A DNA stretch of 64,000 bases, from contig CALFWL010000020.1 of NCBI GenBank assembly GCA_937928215.1, forward strand, positions 50,518 through 114,517, read 5' to 3'. Numbering within the stretch: the stretch's first letter is position 1; the number at the start of each line of letters is the position of its first letter. Shown here in pieces: positions 59,201-64,000 of the stretch. A program made the position numbers and the translations under genes. Under the pieces are notes generated by a model. It had not been told where the DNA came from and searched no databases. It saw only the letters and a program-made list of their open reading frames with translations. Source of the stretch: an uncultured Pirellulaceae bacterium. GTDB lineage: Bacteria; Planctomycetota; Planctomycetia; Pirellulales; Pirellulaceae.

Positions 59201-59450
59201 TTCAAAAACGGTGGTTGAATCGTATCGACGCCTGACCAGTCACACTCCGAGTACCGAGCAAACGAAGATCCTTGAGGGATTATTCACCGAACAGATCGCG
59301 TTTTTTGAGGCTCGTCCTGATCAGGCCAAAAAGCTGCTGGAAGTGGGAGACGCTCCCAATGCGAAAAAACTCGCTGCGCCGCGACATGCTGCCGCGACCG
59401 TGCTGGTAAATGCAATCATGAATCTTGACCAATGCGTGAGAAAACAATGA
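56241..59450 (+). CDS. PSCyt1 (planctomycete cytochrome c) / DUF1549 / LamG / DUF1553 domain protein
   Basis: Heme-binding [20 protein letters not shown]. DUF1549 region: [61 protein letters not shown]. Central LamG-like region. DUF1553 region: [35 protein letters not shown]. Start is ATG 56241 or 56250. Confidence 0.9.
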   Translation: [1069 protein letters not shown]

Positions 59451-60913
59451 ACCAACCATCGATGCACAGACACCGATTCTGTCCGGGACATGAAAACGCG
59501 TTCGGATTGAGCCGCCGACAAGCGCTCAGCCAATTCGGTCATGGCTTGGGTGCGATCGCGTTAGGGACGATGCTCAATCCGTCACGATCGAATGCTGCGG
59601 AGCAGCTGGTTGATTCGCTTCCACATATCGCGCCCAAGGCGAAGCGAGTGATCTTTCTGTTTCAGTCGGGCGGTCCGTCGCAGATTGAGTCTTTTGACTA
59701 CAAGCCGACGCTCAACAAGAGACATGGCGAAGAGCTTCCCGACAGTGTTCGCAAAGGTCAGCGTTTGACGGGCATGAGCGTTAACCAAGCCAGTTTGCCG
59801 TTGGTCGGTTCGCCCTACAAGTTCGCTCGACATGGGGAATGTGGAGCTTGGGTCAGCGAGCAGCTACCTCACACGGCTGAGATTGTTGACGAATTATGTT
59901 TCGTCAAAACGATGTATACCGAAGCGATCAACCACGGCCCAGGCGTGACGTTCATGCAAACGGGATCTCAGTTTCCCGGTCGCCCCAGCATGGGAGCTTG
60001 GCTTTCTTACGGGCTCGGTTCGGAAAACCAGGATATTCCGGGCTTTGTCGTGATGGTGACCAACGGGCAGGGTGGGCAGCCTCTCGTTTCCAGCCTGTGG
60101 GGAAGTGGATTTCTTCCGGGCAAGCATGACGGAGTTCAACTTCGCAGCGACGCCGACGCGGTGCTGTACCTGCAAAATCCGAATGGAATCGATCGATTCA
60201 GTCGACGGATGGCGTTGGATCGAATCCAAGAGCTTCATCATTTGAAACTGGCGGAAACGAGCGATCCAGAATTGGAAACACGGATTGCTCAATACGAGAT
60301 GGCATACCGAATGCAAGCTTCAATCCCGGAGGTTACCAACATCGATGATGAGAGTGAGGCGACGCTGAAGATGTACGGCGACGACGTGAAAACTCCTGGG
60401 ACGTTCGCCGCCAACTGTTTACGAGCAAGACGGTTGGCAGAGCGAGGTGTTCGTTTCATACAGCTGTATCATGCCGGTTGGGATCACCATGGCGGATTGC
60501 CAAAAGGGTTCGTCCGCAAGTGTAAGCAAACCGATCAGCCGACCGCGGCTCTGGTGAAGGACTTGAAGGATCGTGGCATGTTGGAAGACACGTTAGTGAT
60601 TTGGGGGGGCGAATTCGGACGTACCAACTACTGCCAAGGAAAGATGGAAGGCGGCGATTTTGGCCGGGATCATCATCCACGTTGCTTCACGATGTGGATG
60701 GCCGGTGGCGGTGTGAAGCCTGGTTACACTCACGGTCAGACGGATGAGTTCAGCTACAATGTAGAATCAGGAGGGGTTCACATTCACGATCTGCACGCGA
60801 CAATTCTTCATCTGCTGGGCATCGAGCACGAACGGTTGACGTATAAGTATCAGGGGCGTCATTTCCGCTTGACCGACGTTCATGGGCACGTGGTCAAGGA
60901 ACTCCTAGCTTGA
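59447..60913 (+). CDS. DUF1501 (sulfatase-like) protein with Tat-type signal
   Basis: LSRRQALSQFGHGLGAIALG (Tat-like signal), FLFQSGGPSQIESFDYKP and GRDHHPRCFTMWMAGGGVKPG. An ATGA overlap with the upstream DUF1549/DUF1553 gene (59447-59450) fits the classic planctomycete gene pair. Confidence 0.9.
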   Translation: MNQPSMHRHRFCPGHENAFGLSRRQALSQFGHGLGAIALGTMLNPSRSNAAEQLVDSLPHIAPKAKRVIFLFQSGGPSQIESFDYKPTLNKRHGEELPDSVRKGQRLTGMSVNQASLPLVGSPYKFARHGECGAWVSEQLPHTAEIVDELCFVKTMYTEAINHGPGVTFMQTGSQFPGRPSMGAWLSYGLGSENQDIPGFVVMVTNGQGGQPLVSSLWGSGFLPGKHDGVQLRSDADAVLYLQNPNGIDRFSRRMALDRIQELHHLKLAETSDPELETRIAQYEMAYRMQASIPEVTNIDDESEATLKMYGDDVKTPGTFAANCLRARRLAERGVRFIQLYHAGWDHHGGLPKGFVRKCKQTDQPTAALVKDLKDRGMLEDTLVIWGGEFGRTNYCQGKMEGGDFGRDHHPRCFTMWMAGGGVKPGYTHGQTDEFSYNVESGGVHIHDLHATILHLLGIEHERLTYKYQGRHFRLTDVHGHVVKELLA

Positions 60914-61135
60914 TTATTCGTCTGTCGCAGTTGGTCGCAATTTCAATGGCAAACGTATTTCAACGGCAAACACGTCGCGTCTGAGAAGAATCTCGATTGG
61001 CGTTCATCGAGTACTGTCGTGTTTTTGGCAAAAATGACAGTCGCTTGCACTCGCTGTTGAACGCTGGAAAAATGACCGCTGCTTACTCGCACGGATGCAT
61101 CACCAGTTTTTCACTCAGTTCTCAAAGGAATTCAG

Positions 61136-61873
61136 ATGACTCGTCCGAACCCGCGGCGTCGCGCACACTTAGTAACGTTCGTCGCTATCTGCCTGTCAGC
61201 CAATTTCGCTTGGGCTCAAACCGGATGGGTCGATTCCGTCGAGCTACCCGATGGAGAGAAAGCCATCCAGTTGTTTAATGGAAAGGATCTTGTGGGGTGG
61301 GAGGGAGACCAGCGGTACTTCTCGGTCACCAACGGGATGATTCGTGCGGCCAACGAAAAAGGGGATGTCGTTAAGACCGGGACTTATTTGTTCACCCAAA
61401 AATCGTTTCGAGATTTTCGGCTGCTATTAGAGGTCAAGCAAACGGTTGACGAGCACCATCACAACATGCATTCAGCCGTCGCGGCTCTCGGCAAGAAGGT
61501 ATCATCTGGCCAAAACCAATTTGGATTTCATGGCCCTTTGTTCATGTTCTGTCACGACTGGGGTATCTGGGACGCGGGAGGTCGCGGTCGAGTATTTCCT
61601 GCCGGCCGAAAAAAAGCAATTCGCAAGCCGCCGTATGAGAACACGGGCGATTGGAATCAGATCGAAATCCTTGTCATCGGCAATCACATCCGCATGGTCT
61701 CCAATGGACAGCGAGTGGTCGACTATGTCGAGAAGCCCAGTGTGCTCAAGGTCTGCCCGATCGGGCTACAGCTGCACAACAATGACCGACCGCAGGAATT
61801 CCACTTTCGAGGCCTGTTGCTAGTGGAGAGTCCGGTCGACGAACTGGCGACATTGACAAGTTCAGAAAACTGA
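61136..61873 (+). CDS. DUF1080 (3-keto-disaccharide hydrolase-like, LamG fold) protein
   Basis: Signal peptide, then LFNGKDLVGWEG...YFSVTNGMIRA, NQIEILVIGNHIRMVSNGQRVVDY and GPIGLQLHNN match the DUF1080 pattern. Confidence 0.8.
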   Translation: MTRPNPRRRAHLVTFVAICLSANFAWAQTGWVDSVELPDGEKAIQLFNGKDLVGWEGDQRYFSVTNGMIRAANEKGDVVKTGTYLFTQKSFRDFRLLLEVKQTVDEHHHNMHSAVAALGKKVSSGQNQFGFHGPLFMFCHDWGIWDAGGRGRVFPAGRKKAIRKPPYENTGDWNQIEILVIGNHIRMVSNGQRVVDYVEKPSVLKVCPIGLQLHNNDRPQEFHFRGLLLVESPVDELATLTSSEN

Positions 61874-61972
61874 ACGCTGCCACACTCCAGCCGGCATCGG
61901 ATTTTCTGGCACCGATCGTCTGTGGCTTGAGGATCGCTCGGTGTCGTAGACGCTAGCAAATGATAAAGCCGC

Positions 61973-62035
61973 GATTCACGATTCGCGAGTCACGAGTCAC
62001 GATTCGCGATTCGCGATTCGCGATTCGCGCCTCGC
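61973..62035. repeat. heptanucleotide tandem repeat (GAKTCRC)9 including four perfect GATTCGC units
   Basis: Read directly: GATTCAC GATTCGC GAGTCAC GAGTCAC GATTCGC GATTCGC GATTCGC GATTCGC GCCTCGC. It is intergenic, about 200 nt upstream of the TolC-like gene starting at 62231. Confidence 0.9.
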
Positions 62036-62230
62036 AGCTCCTTGCTGGCCTGCGTCAGTCCGACGGTTCCTTCTTGAAATTCGGCCTGATCCTGCGTCAA
62101 ATCGGCGAATCTGCTCAATAAAAAGTGGCGAACTCGGTCTCTGATGATCGATGAACATCCCCATACAACCGGCATAACCGTTAAAGTCGTACGCGAATTG
62201 CGTACGGTCAGATCGCAAGGACGCGAATCG

Positions 62231-64000
62231 ATGGGTCTTCAAGAGAACGCAAAGAAATTCCTCGGCGAGCCCCTTATTTGGGTTTGTATCGCTATGGTTG
62301 GCGTCGTTTTGATGGGGCCAACTGCCGCGAATCTTGCGCGCAAAGCCGTTGGAGGCAATCGAGATCGCGGGGACGTCGATCAACATGGCGAAACGATTAC
62401 CAACGAACAACCGGTCGCTCAAGCCGATACGCCAGAGATCGATCCCGACCGTGAGGCATTGTCGAAACAGCGACGGTTTGCCATGCGTGACACCATGGAG
62501 GAAACCGACAATCAAGGTCAATCGAATGATGAAGAATTTCCTGCGGTTGATCTCCCAAAAGAGGTTGCAGGGCAACCGCCGCAGTCGCAAGAACTTCCAC
62601 AAGACTCTGATCCGCTGACCTCGACCGATCAACCAACGGTTACCGAATCGGGGAAAGATACGGACTCGGTGAATATTGACCGGATGATCGAAGAAGTCAG
62701 ACGCGAGATGGAACGGGAGTCGGACGCTCCAACGAAGGCGGTCGTCGGGCAGGAGACGAAATCTGATGTTCCCGATGCCAAGCCGACGGATCGGGAAGTC
62801 GTTGAGTCGAAACGAGCATATTCCTCCGAACAAGGCGTCGAACAAGAGGGTTCGCCGGAACCAAAAAATGTTGCCGATGCGAGCAAGCCGCGCAGTACGC
62901 CTTCCGATCCATCGGCCGGCACGACAAAAATATCTCCGCTGCCGACCCCAGATGATACCGAACGACCGGAAGCTTCCCACGACCAGAAAGATGTGTTACC
63001 GCCGAAGAATGTTCAGCCAAAGGATCACGACAAGGCATCAACCTTCGACGATGAGGACTTATTGTTGCCGCCTTGGAACGAACCGTTGACGTTCAAAAGT
63101 GACTCGGACCAAAATGAAGATTTTCAAGATCAAGCCGTTGGCGACGATCAGACTCCGTCCCGTGACCTGATGAACTTGATCCCGCCAGAAAGCGGCGGCA
63201 CATGGTGGGATGCATCGATTGCTCAACAGTTCTGGCCCGATCGACAGGCTCAGTTTGCCAATATCGACTCGGTTGTCTTTGTCGCGTTACAGAACTCCGC
63301 CCAGATCCAAATCCTGAACGATCATCCTCGTATTGAAGAAACGTTCGTTCAACAGCGCGAGGCTGATTTCGACTGGTCGGCGTTTGTCGATGCCAGTTGG
63401 AACAGCATCGACGAGCCGGTTCGATCGGAGCTTCAAACGGGTGCACGATCGGGACGTTTTGTCCAAGAGGAGCTGCACGTCGGGTCCGGTTTGCAAAAGC
63501 GGTTGGGGCGTGGCGGTCAGCTTCGGTTGGGCAGCACCATTGGAACGGTCGACAACAATTCGATATTTCTGGCTCCGCCAGATCAAGGTACGGCCACGTT
63601 CTCACTGGACTATCGGCAACCTTTAATGCGAGGACGTGGGCGCGAAGTGACCAAAAGTCAGATCGTGTTGGCTCGGTTGGGTGTCGAGGCTTCCCGTCAT
63701 TCGGTCAAGCAGCAGATGCAGCTTTACCTGATGGAAGTGGTGACTGCGTACTGGGAACTTTATCGAGCGCGTGGCGTGCTGTCGCAACGTCATCGAAATT
63801 TGGTTCGAGCGACCGAGCTTGTCCAATTGCTTGCTAGACGTTCATCGTCTGGTGGAGCCAACGCTCAGCTGCAAAGAGCCCGAACGGCTGAAAGCGCACG
63901 TCATTCTGAGGTGATTGATGCTGAGTACGTCGTCGCTGATGCTCAGGAGCGGCTAATGAATTTGACTCATGGCGACAATCTGGCCAATTCCAACCGCGTC
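62231..64000 (+). CDS. TolC-like outer membrane efflux protein (OEP family), paralog 3, with a ~300-aa acidic low-complexity N-terminal region; partial, runs off the window
   Basis: Absent from the ORF track because it has no stop codon in the window. My translation from ATG 62231 gives MGLQENAKKFLGEPLIWVCIAMVGVVLMG... and stays open for 590 codons to the window end. The OEP pattern matches paralogs 1 and 2: FDWSAFVDASWNSIDEPV...GGQLRLGSTIG...PPDQGTATFSLDYRQPLMRGRG...YWELYRARG. The 327-aa minus-strand ORF at 61997-62980 is its antisense shadow. Confidence 0.8.
   Translation, partial: MGLQENAKKFLGEPLIWVCIAMVGVVLMGPTAANLARKAVGGNRDRGDVDQHGETITNEQPVAQADTPEIDPDREALSKQRRFAMRDTMEETDNQGQSNDEEFPAVDLPKEVAGQPPQSQELPQDSDPLTSTDQPTVTESGKDTDSVNIDRMIEEVRREMERESDAPTKAVVGQETKSDVPDAKPTDREVVESKRAYSSEQGVEQEGSPEPKNVADASKPRSTPSDPSAGTTKISPLPTPDDTERPEASHDQKDVLPPKNVQPKDHDKASTFDDEDLLLPPWNEPLTFKSDSDQNEDFQDQAVGDDQTPSRDLMNLIPPESGGTWWDASIAQQFWPDRQAQFANIDSVVFVALQNSAQIQILNDHPRIEETFVQQREADFDWSAFVDASWNSIDEPVRSELQTGARSGRFVQEELHVGSGLQKRLGRGGQLRLGSTIGTVDNNSIFLAPPDQGTATFSLDYRQPLMRGRGREVTKSQIVLARLGVEASRHSVKQQMQLYLMEVVTAYWELYRARGVLSQRHRNLVRATELVQLLARRSSSGGANAQLQRARTAESARHSEVIDAEYVVADAQERLMNLTHGDNLANSNRV

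Noticed and set aside
61997-62980. 327-aa minus-strand ORF, plus the ORFs at 62629-62922, 62697-63041 and 63093-63605.
   Set aside because: It is the antisense shadow of the plus-strand TolC-like gene (62231 to beyond 64000), which has strong paralog support. Its C-terminus is simply the translated heptamer repeat (RESRIANRES).

Overview
Gene content suggests a chromosomal segment from a Pirellulales-type planctomycete. The evidence is a DUF1559 H-X9-DG pseudopilin, a PSCyt/DUF1549/DUF1553 + DUF1501 gene pair, DUF1080, a PQQ-like propeller, giant repeat proteins and little or no Shine-Dalgarno signal. No database search was possible, so all family calls rest on motifs read by eye.

I support 34 protein-coding genes. 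Two are partial genes at the window edges that are missing from the supplied ORF track; I found them by translating the sequence myself. I also support one nonsense-interrupted DUF1559 gene, one tRNA-Lys(UUU) with an intrinsic terminator, one diverged intragenic repeat array and several short intergenic repeats. I saw no CRISPR array, rRNA, transposase or integrase.

The main lead is a co-linear minus-strand block at 1-25348. In transcription order it reads: GGDEF cyclase, a 4650-aa DUF4347/DUF11/SdrD-repeat giant surface protein, a PAS histidine kinase with a FixJ/LuxR regulator, then a tightly packed operon. The operon encodes a TolC-like outer-membrane factor, a C-terminally truncated SecA paralog, a HlyD adaptor, a small DUF3467-like protein and a GAF-like/HlyD fusion adaptor. 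No ABC, RND or MFS partner is visible, so the SecA-family ATPase is the only energy-transducing protein in the visible operon. I infer a candidate uncharacterised SecA-driven, T1SS-like trans-envelope system with the neighbouring giant protein as plausible cargo. The operon runs off the left edge of the window, so an inner-membrane component may lie outside it.

Other notable items:
- a stand-alone Ser/Thr pseudokinase with every catalytic residue substituted
- UvrC lacking the C-terminal (HhH)2 domain
- a sucrose cluster (fructokinase, SPS, amylosucrase, HAD phosphatase)
- a 1466-aa G8/beta-helix (CEMIP-like) protein with dockerin-like repeats that shares an N-terminal basic + LE(D/P)RxhhxA motif with the giant protein
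- three paralogous TolC-like genes
- a recurrent intergenic 15-mer ATGTYAACAATYAAC
- tandem hairpin repeats
- a (GATTCGC)n heptamer tract upstream of the third TolC-like gene
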